64,000 bases of DNA from Vulcanimicrobiota bacterium (GCA_963812155.1 CAWETW010000005.1:21734-85733), one strand, 5' to 3'. Counted from the stretch's first letter, positions 33,251 through 44,239 are shown. Numbers and translations: made by a program. Notes: generated from the sequence alone by a model not told the origin.

Positions 33251-34131
33251 GCGTCCATCGAGCCTGGATCGGACTGGGAGCGAACCTCGGCGATCCCGCC
33301 GCAAACGTCGAACGAGCGCTTTCGGCGCTGAACGGGTTGGGGACCGTCCTGCGAGCGTCGTCGCCCTATCGCACGCGTCCGTGGGGAAAAACCGACCAGC
33401 CCGATTTCGTGAACGCTGCGGCGTTGCTCGAAACCGATTTGGATCCCCGCGATCTCCTCATCGCACTCAAGGCGCTCGAGCAACGGCTGGGACGGGTCGA
33501 AACCGAACGCTGGGGTCCCCGCGCTATCGACCTCGACCTGCTCGCCTACGACCAAGTGACCCTCGACGAGCCCGGGCTGCGGCTGCCGCATCCGCGGCTG
33601 CGCGAACGTGCCTTCGTGCTGGTTCCGCTGGCCGAAATCGAGCCGGCGTATGCGGCGGCGCGCGACGCGTTGCCCGCCGAGGAACTGCAAGGGGTCGAGC
33701 CTCTGGGCCGGGGAACGGTAGCGCTCATGCCTGACGAGCGCCCCGAAGTCACGCAGCGCGTCCGGCGGTTGGCCGAATTTCTGGCGGAGAGCGGCGCCGT
33801 CCGCGTTCGCATCGAGCGCGACGGCGGCGAAATCGAGGTGGCGCGTATGCCGCGCACGGCGACTACCGACGGCGTCGCGCACCTCGCCGAGAAGCCGGCG
33901 TCGCGCATCGAAACGATTAAGGCCGACCTCGTCGGCATCTTCCGCTTGAGCCGCCCGGCTCCAGTCGCCGGCGACCTGCTCGAGGAAGATCGCGAGCTCG
34001 CGTTCATCGAGGCGCTCGGCATCCGAACGCCGGTACGCAGTCTCGGCGCGGGCCGTATCGTCGCAATCGCGCCCGACGACGGCTCGCCGGTCGAATACGG
34101 ACAAGCACTCTTCTTGCTGGACAGAGGTTAG
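33247..34131 (+). CDS. folK: HPPK (FolK) in frame with a C-terminal BCCP-like domain lacking the biotinyl-lysine
   Basis: [37 protein letters not shown]; from ~33727 an AccB-like domain (ADLVGIF..IEALGI..VEYGQ.LF). Confidence 0.85.
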   Translation: MSVHRAWIGLGANLGDPAANVERALSALNGLGTVLRASSPYRTRPWGKTDQPDFVNAAALLETDLDPRDLLIALKALEQRLGRVETERWGPRAIDLDLLAYDQVTLDEPGLRLPHPRLRERAFVLVPLAEIEPAYAAARDALPAEELQGVEPLGRGTVALMPDERPEVTQRVRRLAEFLAESGAVRVRIERDGGEIEVARMPRTATTDGVAHLAEKPASRIETIKADLVGIFRLSRPAPVAGDLLEEDRELAFIEALGIRTPVRSLGAGRIVAIAPDDGSPVEYGQALFLLDRG

Positions 34132-34135
34132 TTCT

Positions 34136-35478
34136 ATCTTTCGAAAGGTCCTGATCGCCAATCGCGGCGAGATCGCGTTGCGGATTAACCGCGCCTGCCA
34201 GGAACTGGGCGTACGGACGGTCGCGATTTTCTCGGAACCGGACCGCCGTTCGCTGCACGTGCGTCAGGCCGACGAAGCGTTCTGCGTCGGTCCGGGTCCG
34301 GTTCCGCGTTCGTATCTGAACATTCCGAACATCATCTCGACGGCGCTCATCACGGGTTGCGACGCGGTTCATCCGGGCTATGGATTCCTAGCCGAGAACG
34401 CGCGCTTCGCGGAAATCTGCGCCGACCACGGATTGACGTTCATCGGGCCGCGCCCCGGCGTCATTGCGGCGATGGGCGATAAGGCGACGGCAAAGCGCGT
34501 GATGCGCGACGCCGGCGTCGGGACCATTCCGGGGACCGACATACTTCCGACGGTCGCCGATGCGGTGCGCGCCGCGGAGAAGATCGGCTTTCCGGTGTTG
34601 CTCAAAGCCACGGCCGGCGGCGGCGGAAAAGGCATGCGCGTGGTCGAGCGCCGCGAGGATCTCGACCGCGCCTTTGCGAGCGCCACGGCCGAGGCCGAGG
34701 CGAGTTTCAAAGACGGCCGTCTGTACATGGAAAAGCTCATCTCAATCCGCGACACGTCGAAGTGCAGGTGCTCGGCGACGATTTCGGCGAGGTCGTGCAC
34801 CTCGGCGAGCGCGACTGTTCGGTGCAGAAGCCATCGCACCAGAAGCTCATCGAGGAGTCACCCGCGCCGAATCTTCCGGCCAAGACGCGCAACGCGCTGC
34901 ACGCGATGGCGGTGCGCGCGTGCAAGCACGTCGGTTATACGAACGCGGGGACGCTCGAGTTTTTGACGACGGGCGACGACGCATACTTCATGGAGATGAA
35001 CACGCGCATCCAAGTCGAGCATCCGGTTACGGAGATGGTGTACGGCATCGATCTGGTCAAGGAGCAGATTCGCATCGCTGCGGGCGAACCGCTCGGCTAT
35101 GCCCAAAAGGATCTCGTGCCGCGCGGCCACGCCATCGAATGCCGCATCAACGCCGAAGATCCGCGCAACGGCTTCGCGCCGCAAGCCGGCACCGTGACCG
35201 ATGTCGTTTTCCCCGGCGGTCCCGGAATTCGCGTGGATACGCATCTCTATGCGGGGGCGGAGGTGCCGCCGTACTACGATTCGCTTCTGGCCAAGATCGT
35301 CGCCTACGGCGACACGCGCGAAGCGGCGATTGCACGCATGGAGCGCGCGCTGCGCGAAACGGTCGTAGAAGGCGTGCACACGACGATCGATTTGTGTTTG
35401 GAGGTGCTTGCGTCGCCGGAGTTCCGCTCCGGACACTACGACATCGGCTTGCTTCCGGCGATGCTCGTTTCGGCATGA
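34136..35478 (+). CDS. accC: acetyl-CoA carboxylase biotin carboxylase subunit (ATC at start position; frameshift near 34745)
   Basis: [58 protein letters not shown]. Confidence 0.95.
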
Positions 35479-35897
35479 CGAGCCGCCGGCTGGGTCGCGA
35501 ACAGGCGCTGCAAGCGTTGTACTCTACCGAAATCGGCGGACGCGACCCCGCCGACGCATTGGGTGAAGTCGTCGGCGAGGCTGCGGATACGGCACATCGT
35601 GCGTTCGTGCGCGACCTCGTCATGGGCACGCTCGACTACCGCGGCGAAGCCGACCGCATCGTGTCGCCGCTGCTCGAGGGATGGACCCTCGAACGCCTTC
35701 CGACGATCGATCGTTTGCTCTTAGAGATGGGCACCTACGAACTGCGTCCCGGCGCCGAAACGCCGGCGGCGGTGGCGATCAACGAAGCGGTCGAACTGGC
35801 CAAGCGTTTCTCGACCGAGGATTCAGGGCGTTTCGTCAACGGCGTCCTCAACGCGGTCGTGAAGCGGCTGGCCGAGAGCTCGGATGAGCCGGCGTAA
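35475..35897 (+). CDS. nusB: transcription antitermination factor NusB
   Basis: RR.GRE.ALQALY, W..ERL..IDR, AINEAVELAK.F, FVNGVL. Confidence 0.95.
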   Translation: MTSRRLGREQALQALYSTEIGGRDPADALGEVVGEAADTAHRAFVRDLVMGTLDYRGEADRIVSPLLEGWTLERLPTIDRLLLEMGTYELRPGAETPAAVAINEAVELAKRFSTEDSGRFVNGVLNAVVKRLAESSDEPA

Positions 35898-37949
35898 GAA
35901 GGGCCGGCGCGGCGTGTGGCGCGGTATCCTCGTCGCGACTGCTGATGGTGGTGCTCTTTGCCGCGGGAACGATCGCCGGCATCGTTGCGGCCTATGCGAG
36001 AAACCTGCCGGACATCAGTCGCATGGCCGACTATCAGCCGGCGAGCGCGACGCGGATCTTCGCGCGCGACGGAACGCTGCTTGCATCCGTCTATAAGGAA
36101 AATCGCGTCTGGGTGCCGATTTCGCGCATTCCGCCGGTCGTGCGCGAAGCGTTCATCGCCAACGAAGATCACAACTTCTACCAGCATCACGGCGTCGATT
36201 TCGGCGGCATCGTGCGCGCCGGTTTCGCCGATCTCACGCATCAGGAATTTCAAGGCGCTTCCACGATTACGCAGCAGCTTGCGCGTCGTCTCTTTCTCAA
36301 CAACGAGGTGTCGCTGTCGCGCAAGGTCCAGGAGGCGCTGCTCGCAATGGAGATCGAGCGCTTCTACACCAAAGACGAAATCCTCGAACGCTATTTGAAC
36401 ATCATTTACCTCGGCGCCGGCGCGTACGGTGTCGACGCCGCGGCACACACCTACTTCGGCCGGTCGATCGACAAGGTGACCCTCGCGCAGGCGGCAATGC
36501 TCGCCGGTGTCGTCGCGGCGCCGTCCGACTACTCGCCGTTTTCGAATATGGACTTGGCGCGCGACCGGGAACGGCACGTACTGCGAGCGCATGACCGAGA
36601 GCGGCTACGTCACGCAAGCAGAAGCTGACGCAGCCTACGAGGCGCCGCTCGATTTGATCGGAGAGCGCGCCGCCGGTCTGCAAGGCTATGCGTATCCGTA
36701 TTTCACGACCTACGCAATCGCACAGCTCGACCGCATCTTCGGCAAGAACGCGGTCGATCAAGACGGCCTTGCGGTCTATACGACGCTCGATCCGCGTATG
36801 CAGCGAATCGCGCAAGACGCCGTCACGTGGGGCGTGGGTCAAGCGGTCTCCGAAGGCATCAACGCGCACCAGGCCGCGCTGGTCGCACTGCGTCCGTCGA
36901 CGGGAGAGATTTTGGCGATGGTCGGCGGGACGGGGTTCTCGCTGGCCAACCAGTTCAATCGCGCGTGGCAAGCGCGACGGCAGCCGGGCTCGTCGTTCAA
37001 AGCGTACGTGTATACCGCCGCCATCGATTCCGGGATGCCGGCCTCGGCAACGATCGACGACACGCCGGTCAGCTACCCGATGGGGGACGGCACGCGGTGG
37101 TCGCCCTACGACGACGACTTCCGCTATTTAGGCGCGGTGACGCTGCGCGAAGCGCTGACGCTTTCGCGCAACGTCGTGGCCGTGAAGCTGGCCGAGCGCA
37201 TCGGCGTCGACCGCGTCATCGAGTACGCGCATCGCATGGGCATCACGTCGCCGCTGGAAGCAAATCTTTCGCTGGCACTCGGCTCGTCGGTGGTTTCCGT
37301 TCTCGACCAGGCCAGCGGCTACTCGACCCTGGCCAATCAGGGGCTGCACGTCGATCCGACGCCGTTTCGTCTGGTCAAAGACTCGCTGGGAAGCGTCGTC
37401 CTCGACAATCAATATCCGCAGGCCAACGACGTCATCGGGGCCGGCACGGCGTACATCGTCACGTCGATGCTGCAGGACGTCATCGCAAAGGGCACCGGCT
37501 ATCCGAATGCGGTCATCGGCCGCCCGGCGGCCGGTAAGACCGGCACGACGTCGAACTTTCGCGACGCGTGGTTCGTGGGATTCACGCCCGATCTCGTCAC
37601 CGCCGTGTGGTTCGGAAACGACGACTACTCGCGCATGAACGAATCCTACGGCGGTAACGTTCCGGCGCGAATCTGGGCACGTTTCATGAAGGCCGCGCTG
37701 GCCGGAACGCCGCCGCACGACTTTACGGTTCCCAGCGACGAAGTCAGCAAAATTGCGGCATGCGGCGGGGGGCACGAATACTACTTAAAGGGAGAGGAGC
37801 CGTATTCGCCTTGCGGCGACGCTTACGCGCAGAACGCTCAGCCGTACGCGACCCTCGCGCCGTACGCTTCCCTTCCGCCGCAGCCGACGCTGCCGCCGAC
37901 GCTGCCGCCGCCGACGCTCCCTCCGACGCTGGCGCCGCCGCCCAAATGA
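35884..37949 (+). CDS. class A penicillin-binding protein (PBP1A family; frameshifted)
   Basis: ED.NFY.H.G, GASTITQQLAR, RK..E, RQPGSSFK, SRN, GKTGT. Confidence 0.93.
37884..37943 (+). repeat. short coding tandem repeat (PTLPP-like, 4 copies) at the PBP1A C-terminus
   Basis: ccgacgct unit repeated four times. Confidence 0.6.
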
Positions 37950-39295
37950 ACGAAAACGACAGAGGCTATCCCGTTCGGACGGTCGGCGAATTTACGAGCG
38001 GCATGGCCGACTGGTTCGTCAAGAAAACGTGGCTGCAGCGTATCGGTATCCGCGGAGAAGTATCGGATCTCTACGTTGGGCGCAGCGGTATTCTGAGCTT
38101 TAAGCTCAACGAATCGAGCCGGAAAGCCGTGCTCGAATGCGTCGCATGGGCAGACGTGCGCAAGGGACTGCCGGAGTTTGCGAACGGCGAGGCGGTTACA
38201 GCCGTCGGCAGCGTTCGCGTACGGCCCGACCGCAGCCAGTATCAGTTGCACGTGGAACTGGTTGAGCTGGAAGGCCGCGGTGCGCTGTTTCTCGAGTACG
38301 AACGATTGCGCAAACGTTTCGCCGCCGAAGGATTGTTTGACGCCGGGCGAAAGCGGCCCGTCCCCACGTTACTGCGTAAGGTCGCGCTCATCTCATCACG
38401 AGGTCTCGGCGCCGAGGATTTCATCCGTGCGATCGAACGCAACGTACCGTTCGTCCAGATCGTTTTCGTCGAAACGACGGTGCAAGGCATCGGTGCCGAG
38501 ATCGACATCGCCGATGCGCTCGATCGAGCCTCGCGGCTCGACGTGGATGCCATCGTGCTCGCACGCGGAGGTGGTTCAGACGAGGATTTAGTGCCGTTCA
38601 ATCGCGAGCCGGTCGTGCGCGCCATCGTGCGCGCGCTCAAGCCGGTGTTGACGGCGATCGCGCATACGCGCAACCAGCACCTCGCGGATTTGGCCGGCGA
38701 TCGCGAATTCGGAACGCCGTCGCTTGCCGCCGAGTGGATTTCGGCCGGTTGGGTCGAAGCCGGGCGTCGTCTCAAGGTCGCAGCACGTGACCTCGAGCGC
38801 GCGGTGCGGGTGATTGCGGGCGACAACGGCCAGCGGTACGAACGCGCGAGCTTGCGTTTCGAGCGCGCCGAGGAGCGCCTCGTCGCGGGCAAACGAGCGT
38901 CGCTGAACGACTGCATCGCTCGACTTGGCCGGCAGAGCCCTCAGCGAAAGCTCGTCGATTTCAATGCGCGGCTGGTTCCGGGTCGCGAACGGCTATCGGC
39001 TGCGGCGATTCGTCTGTCCTCCCGCAAGGCGCACGCGTGGGGTGAAGCCCGTTCCACGCTCGATCGCGTCGCAGCAACGCGGTGGATCGGGTTTTCGCGA
39101 ACGCTCGAGAAGAAGGACGCTGCGCTCGACCGATACGATCCGCTTGCCCCGCTCGAACGCGGCTACGCGATCGTCACGCTCGGCGGACGCGCGCTGCGCG
39201 ATGCGCGCGACGCGGCGCGCGGTGACGAGATTGCGGCGCGACTCCATCACGGGAGCCTCCGTGCGCGCGTCGAACGGGTGAGCGACGATGAGTGA
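37946..39295 (+). CDS. xseA: exodeoxyribonuclease VII large subunit (divergent)
   Basis: GEVS OB-fold, EGLFD..K, ARGGGS.EDL..FN.E, LERGYA; followed by xseB. Confidence 0.9.
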   Translation: MNENDRGYPVRTVGEFTSGMADWFVKKTWLQRIGIRGEVSDLYVGRSGILSFKLNESSRKAVLECVAWADVRKGLPEFANGEAVTAVGSVRVRPDRSQYQLHVELVELEGRGALFLEYERLRKRFAAEGLFDAGRKRPVPTLLRKVALISSRGLGAEDFIRAIERNVPFVQIVFVETTVQGIGAEIDIADALDRASRLDVDAIVLARGGGSDEDLVPFNREPVVRAIVRALKPVLTAIAHTRNQHLADLAGDREFGTPSLAAEWISAGWVEAGRRLKVAARDLERAVRVIAGDNGQRYERASLRFERAEERLVAGKRASLNDCIARLGRQSPQRKLVDFNARLVPGRERLSAAAIRLSSRKAHAWGEARSTLDRVAATRWIGFSRTLEKKDAALDRYDPLAPLERGYAIVTLGGRALRDARDAARGDEIAARLHHGSLRARVERVSDDE

Positions 39296-39494
39296 CGGCT
39301 CACCGAAAACGTTCGAGGAGAAACTCGACCGCATCGACGCGATCGTCAAAGAGCTGGAAGGCGGCCGCACCGACCTCGATCGCGCCATAGCGCTTTTCAA
39401 GGAGGGCAAAACCCTCACGCGCGAATGCGAAGCGCTGCTCAAAAGCGCGCAAGAGCAAATCGATCGCGCCAGTCGCGTAGAGGCGCAGGAGTAG
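39288..39494 (+). CDS. xseB: exodeoxyribonuclease VII small subunit
   Basis: TFEE...IV..LE.G..L..AI..F.EG..L..C..L..A. Confidence 0.92.
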   Translation: MSDGSPKTFEEKLDRIDAIVKELEGGRTDLDRAIALFKEGKTLTRECEALLKSAQEQIDRASRVEAQE

Positions 39495-39500
39495 TTTTTC

Positions 39501-40295
39501 GTGCCGCCCGAGCGGGGCCTTCGGTTGGATGCCGTGGTCGCCGAACGTGCCGGCGTAACGCGCTCGCAGGCGCGGAGTCTCATCATGGAGGGCCGCGTGC
39601 GCGTCGACGGCGTCGTAGCGACGAAGGCAGGCCAAAACGCAAGGGCTTCCGCTGCAATCGAAGTCGCGCGGCCGCGCCGTTTCGTCAGCCGCGGCGGCGA
39701 CAAACTCGAGGCGGCATTGCAGTCATTCCGTATCGACGTTACCGGTGCAACGGCGCTCGACGTCGGCGCTTCGACCGGCGGATTCACCGACGCGCTGCTG
39801 CAGCGCGGCGCGGCGACCGTGACCGCCGTCGACGTCGGCTACGGACAACTCGACTGGCGCTTGCGAAACGACCCGCGGGTCCGGGTCATGGAACGCGTCA
39901 ACTTCCGGCTGCTGCCCGACGACGCATTCCCCGGTGGTTTCGACGTCGCGGTCATCGACGCGTCGTTCATTTCCGTGCGCACCCTGCTCGCGCGAGCACG
40001 GACGTACGTGCGTCCGGGCGGCGCGATCGTCGCGTTGGTGAAGCCGCAGTTCGAGGCGGGACGCGAACGCCTCGGCGGGGGCGGCGTGGTGCGGGACGCC
40101 AACGTGCATCGCGAGATACTGCGCGAAGTGCGCGACGCGGCGGCCGCGCTCGGTCTCGTTCCGGTCGCGCTGGTCGCATCGCCGCTGCGCGGACCGGCGG
40201 GCAATCGCGAATTTTTCATCGAGTTGCGCGCCGAAGGTTCGGCATTCGATGACGTGCGGATCGAGGCGGTCGTTACGCAGGCGGCCGAGGAATGA
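39501..40295 (+). CDS. tlyA: TlyA-family rRNA methyltransferase
   Basis: S4 domain, FVSRGG.KL, DVGASTGGFTD, DVGYGQL, LVKPQFEAG, GNREF. Confidence 0.95.
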   Translation: MPPERGLRLDAVVAERAGVTRSQARSLIMEGRVRVDGVVATKAGQNARASAAIEVARPRRFVSRGGDKLEAALQSFRIDVTGATALDVGASTGGFTDALLQRGAATVTAVDVGYGQLDWRLRNDPRVRVMERVNFRLLPDDAFPGGFDVAVIDASFISVRTLLARARTYVRPGGAIVALVKPQFEAGRERLGGGGVVRDANVHREILREVRDAAAALGLVPVALVASPLRGPAGNREFFIELRAEGSAFDDVRIEAVVTQAAEE

Positions 40296-41128
40296 TGCCG
40301 GCGCCGTCGACCGACGTCAAACGCGTCGGTCTCTACGTCGATGCGGCTCGCGATCGCGCGCGCACGATCGGCGAACGTATCGCAGCCAGTTTTCGCGAGC
40401 GCGGCTTCGAGGTCGTGGACGCAAAGTCGCCGCAGGTGTATCCGCTGATGATCGTCGTCGGCGGCGACGGTACGTTGCTGCGCGCGGCGCGGCTCGCGGT
40501 CGGCAACGACGTGCCGGTGCTCGGCATCAACACCGGACGGCTTGGTTTTCTCACCGAGCTCGATGAAGGCGATCCCGCCATCGATACGCTGCCGGAGGCG
40601 GTCGAGCGGGGACTCTACGTCGAGAAGCGGACCGCGCTTGAGGCCGAGTACGAAGGCCGCCGCTACTTTGCGCTCAACGACGTGGTCGTGCGCAAGGGGG
40701 AAATCTCGCGCATCGTGCCGTTCGGTTTGCGCTTCGACGACGAAGCCATCGTGCACATCCCCGCCGACGGTATCTGCGTCGCGACCCCGACCGGATCGAC
40801 GGCCTACTTTCTTTCGGCCGGCGGCGCCATCATCTCGCCGAAGGTCGAGGCCTTCGGCGTCGCACCCCTACTTCCGCATACGCTCTTTTCGCGGCCGCTG
40901 ATCGTCCCGGCGACGTCGCACATCGAAATTACCTGCGATTCGGAAATCGCGCAAGCGCATCTCGAGTGCGACGGCGACGTCCTGGCGGATCTCGCGCCGA
41001 GCTCGAGCGTCTTCATTCGAAGACACCCAAAGTGCGTGCAATTCGCGCGTCTTTCTCCGCTGCACTTCTTCGAACGCCTCGAAGAGAAGATGCTGTGGGG
41101 CGTTTCGGTCAAAGGCCCGCGCCGGTAG
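40292..41128 (+). CDS. nadK: NAD(+) kinase
   Basis: GGDGTLL, GIN.G.LGFL, ALND, ADG...TPTGSTAY. Confidence 0.95.
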   Translation: MMPAPSTDVKRVGLYVDAARDRARTIGERIAASFRERGFEVVDAKSPQVYPLMIVVGGDGTLLRAARLAVGNDVPVLGINTGRLGFLTELDEGDPAIDTLPEAVERGLYVEKRTALEAEYEGRRYFALNDVVVRKGEISRIVPFGLRFDDEAIVHIPADGICVATPTGSTAYFLSAGGAIISPKVEAFGVAPLLPHTLFSRPLIVPATSHIEITCDSEIAQAHLECDGDVLADLAPSSSVFIRRHPKCVQFARLSPLHFFERLEEKMLWGVSVKGPRR

Positions 41129-41142
41129 GAGCAGACTCCTAA

Positions 41143-42813
41143 GTGTTGCGGCGGCTGGAGATCGAAGACTTCGGGCTGATCGCCCGCGCTTGCGTCGACT
41201 TCGACGGCGGTGCAACGATCTTCACGGGCGAAACCGGCTCTGGGAAGACGATGCTGCTCGGCGCGCTGGCGTTTGCGCTCGGCGCGCGTGCCGGCGCCGA
41301 CGCCGTGCGACGCGGTGCACCCAAAGCAACGGTGACGCTCGCGTTCGAGCCGAGCGATGCCGTACGCGAGCGTCTCGTTGCCGACGGTTACGAATTCGAC
41401 TCGGGAGAGGAAGCGACGATCGTACGCGAGACCACGGGCGCCGGCCGTTCGAACGTGCGGCTGTGCGGACGTCCGTCAACCGCGGCATACGTTCGCGACA
41501 TCGCGCCGGACATCGCCGAGATTGCCGGGCAGCACGAAGCGCAGCGGCTGCTCTTACCTGCCTACCATCAGGAACTGCTCGACCGTTTCGGCGGCAACGA
41601 GCCCGCGCGCGCCGCCGTCTCCGCCGCATTCGAACGGCTCGCCGAGAGCGAACGCGCGCTCGAACGCCTGCGCGCGGACGAGGCGCGCGCCCACGACCGT
41701 TACGACGATGCCCTTTTCGCCGCGCGCGAAATCGACGCGGCGCGCCTAACCGCCGGCGAAGAAGAACGTCTCGACGAGCGGCGCCGCCGTCTCGACAACC
41801 TGCAGCGCGTCGGCGAAGCCCTGGAACGGTCGCGCGTTGCACTCGCCGGTGACGACGCCGGTGCGGTCGCCGCGCTTGGCGATGCGGCCGCATCGCTCCG
41901 CAGCGTCGCCGACGTTTCGCCGTCGTTTCACGCGATGTCGGAGCACGCTGCCGCGCTGCAAAGCGAAGCCGGAGAACTCGCGTCGGCGGTGGCTGCGGCG
42001 GCGGAGAGCGACCTCGATCCCGCCGAACTCGATGCGATTAACGCACGCCTGGAACTCCTCGACGGATTGAAACGCAAATACGGCGGCAGCATCGAGCGCG
42101 TGTTCGAGCACGGCGAAAAAGCTCGCGCTGCCGCCGCCGAGTACGAAGGACGCGATCGCCGCATCGCCGATCTGCTCGCGCTGACGAACGATGCCCGAAG
42201 CCGCCTCGAGGTCGTTGCGGCAAAACTCACCGCGTCGCGAAAGCGCGCGGCGGCGACGCTCGCCAAGCGCGTCGCGGCCGAACTCGGCGACCTCGCGCTC
42301 GGCTCCGGACGCTTCGACGTCGCCATGGAACCGCTCGATACCATTGGTTCCGACGGCGCGGAACGCGTCGAATTTCTGTTTTCGGCCAACGCCGGCGAAC
42401 CGCTGCGCCCACTGGCGCGCATCGCGTCGGGCGGCGAACTTTCGCGCATGCTGCTGGCGCTGATCGTCGCCCTTTCGAAGGCGCGCGACGCGTCGGCCGC
42501 CTTAGTCTTCGACGAAATCGACGCCGGCGTCGGCGGCACGACCGGCGCCGCCGTCGGCGCTCGTCTGGGACGGCTGGCGCGAGCGGGTCAGGTGATTTGC
42601 GTCACGCACCTCGCGCAACTCGCGACGTGGGCCGATCGCCACTACGTGCTCGAGAAAAGCGAACGCCCCCGCTCGACGACGATTTCCGTCCGCGAAATCA
42701 CGGGCGCCGCCGCACGCGAAAACGAACTTGCGCGCATGCTCTCCGGCGAAACCCACGACGTTGCCCTCAAACACGCGAGAGAATTGCTCAAGAAGCGCAA
42801 TGGGGCTACGTGA
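41143..42813 (+). CDS. recN: DNA repair protein RecN
   Basis: TGETGSGKT, GQHE, LKRKYG, ASGGELSR, FDEIDAGVGG, VTHL.Q. Confidence 0.96.
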   Translation: MLRRLEIEDFGLIARACVDFDGGATIFTGETGSGKTMLLGALAFALGARAGADAVRRGAPKATVTLAFEPSDAVRERLVADGYEFDSGEEATIVRETTGAGRSNVRLCGRPSTAAYVRDIAPDIAEIAGQHEAQRLLLPAYHQELLDRFGGNEPARAAVSAAFERLAESERALERLRADEARAHDRYDDALFAAREIDAARLTAGEEERLDERRRRLDNLQRVGEALERSRVALAGDDAGAVAALGDAAASLRSVADVSPSFHAMSEHAAALQSEAGELASAVAAAAESDLDPAELDAINARLELLDGLKRKYGGSIERVFEHGEKARAAAAEYEGRDRRIADLLALTNDARSRLEVVAAKLTASRKRAAATLAKRVAAELGDLALGSGRFDVAMEPLDTIGSDGAERVEFLFSANAGEPLRPLARIASGGELSRMLLALIVALSKARDASAALVFDEIDAGVGGTTGAAVGARLGRLARAGQVICVTHLAQLATWADRHYVLEKSERPRSTTISVREITGAAARENELARMLSGETHDVALKHARELLKKRNGAT

Positions 42814-44239
42814 TTTGGTGAATCTTGAGGACGTTCGTGCCGCCGGCGCCGACTGGAATGCCGGTGATGAACGCGATGAGGTCGCCGGCGGAGACGAGGC
42901 CCGCGCGCACCATTTCGCGTTGCGCCATGTAGAGCAGCACGTCGATCGAGTTGTACGGGTCGATGACGAGCGATTCGGTGCCCCATACGAGCGAGAGGCG
43001 GCGCGCAACGGCCGGGTCCGGCGTGAGCGCGACGATGCGCGCTTTCGGGCGAAATGCCGCGATGTGATGCGCCGTGCTGCCGGTCGTCGTGCCGGTGACG
43101 ATGTAGGGAATCTCGAGTTCGGCGCTGGCGCGCGTCGCCGCTTCTGCAATGGACGCAGCGATCGCCGGTTCCGCATCGTCGAGACGGCGGTCGCGTAATG
43201 CGGCGTGTGGATACGCGCGTTCGGCCTCGCGTGCGATTTCGGCCATCATGCGAACCGCTTCGGTCGGGTAGCGACCGATCGCCGTTTCGCCGGAAAGCAT
43301 GACCGCGTCGGTACCGTCGAAAATCGCGTTGGCGACGTCGGTAACCTCCGCGCGCGTCGGACGCGAGGACCCGATCATCGACTCGAGCATCTGGGTCGCC
43401 GTCACGACGGGCTTGCCCGAGCGGTTACATTCCGCGATGATGCGTTTTTGCACGATCGGAACCGTTTCGATCGGTATTTCGATGCCGAGATCGCCGCGCG
43501 CGACCATGATCCCGTCGGACGCCTTGATGATTGCCGCGAGATCTTCGAGCGCTTCGTGCTTCTCGATCTTCGCGATCACGGGAACCTGCGCACCGAGCTT
43601 CGTGATGAACGCCTTGGCGCGCACGACGTCGCCGGCGCTGCGGACGAAGGAGAGCGCGACGTAGTCGACGCCGTGTTCGATGCCGAACTCCAGGAACTCG
43701 AGATCGCGATCGGTCACCGCCGCAACGTTGAGCGTGCCGTCGGGATAACTGATGCCCTGGGATGCGCGCAGATCGCCGCCGGCTTCGACGACCGTCTCGA
43801 TGTCGGTCGCCGATTTCCCGACGATGCGCAGGGTGATCTGTCCGTCTTGCAAGTACAGCCGGTTGCCGATCGCGACGTCGGCGGCCAAGTCGCGGTAACT
43901 GGTCGAGACGCGTTCGGGCGTGCCCTCGACGTCGTCCACCGTCACGATGAAGCGGCTGCCGCGCGCGAGGTGTATCGACGCCGGATCGCCGGCAAGTTTG
44001 CCGGTACGGACTTTGGGCCCGGGCAGATCTTGCAGCAGCGCGCACTGAATGCCGAGTTCGGCGGCGATCGCGCGCGCGTCGCGGATGACCTCCGCATGTT
44101 CGGCCGGCGTGCCGTGCGAGAAGTTGAGGCGAATGACGTTCGCGCCGCAAACGAAAAGCGATCGCATGATCGCGGGATCGCGTGACGCGGGTCCAATCGT
44201 CGCGACGATCTTCGTCCGCTTTTGGATAATCGGTTCCAT
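42806..44239 (-). CDS. pyk: pyruvate kinase
   Basis: RTKIVATIGPAS, RLNFSHG, DLPGPK, AKIE, MVARGDLG, ATQMLESM, DAVMLSGETA. Confidence 0.97.
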   Translation of the reverse strand: MEPIIQKRTKIVATIGPASRDPAIMRSLFVCGANVIRLNFSHGTPAEHAEVIRDARAIAAELGIQCALLQDLPGPKVRTGKLAGDPASIHLARGSRFIVTVDDVEGTPERVSTSYRDLAADVAIGNRLYLQDGQITLRIVGKSATDIETVVEAGGDLRASQGISYPDGTLNVAAVTDRDLEFLEFGIEHGVDYVALSFVRSAGDVVRAKAFITKLGAQVPVIAKIEKHEALEDLAAIIKASDGIMVARGDLGIEIPIETVPIVQKRIIAECNRSGKPVVTATQMLESMIGSSRPTRAEVTDVANAIFDGTDAVMLSGETAIGRYPTEAVRMMAEIAREAERAYPHAALRDRRLDDAEPAIAASIAEAATRASAELEIPYIVTGTTTGSTAHHIAAFRPKARIVALTPDPAVARRLSLVWGTESLVIDPYNSIDVLLYMAQREMVRAGLVSAGDLIAFITGIPVGAGGTNVLKIHQIT

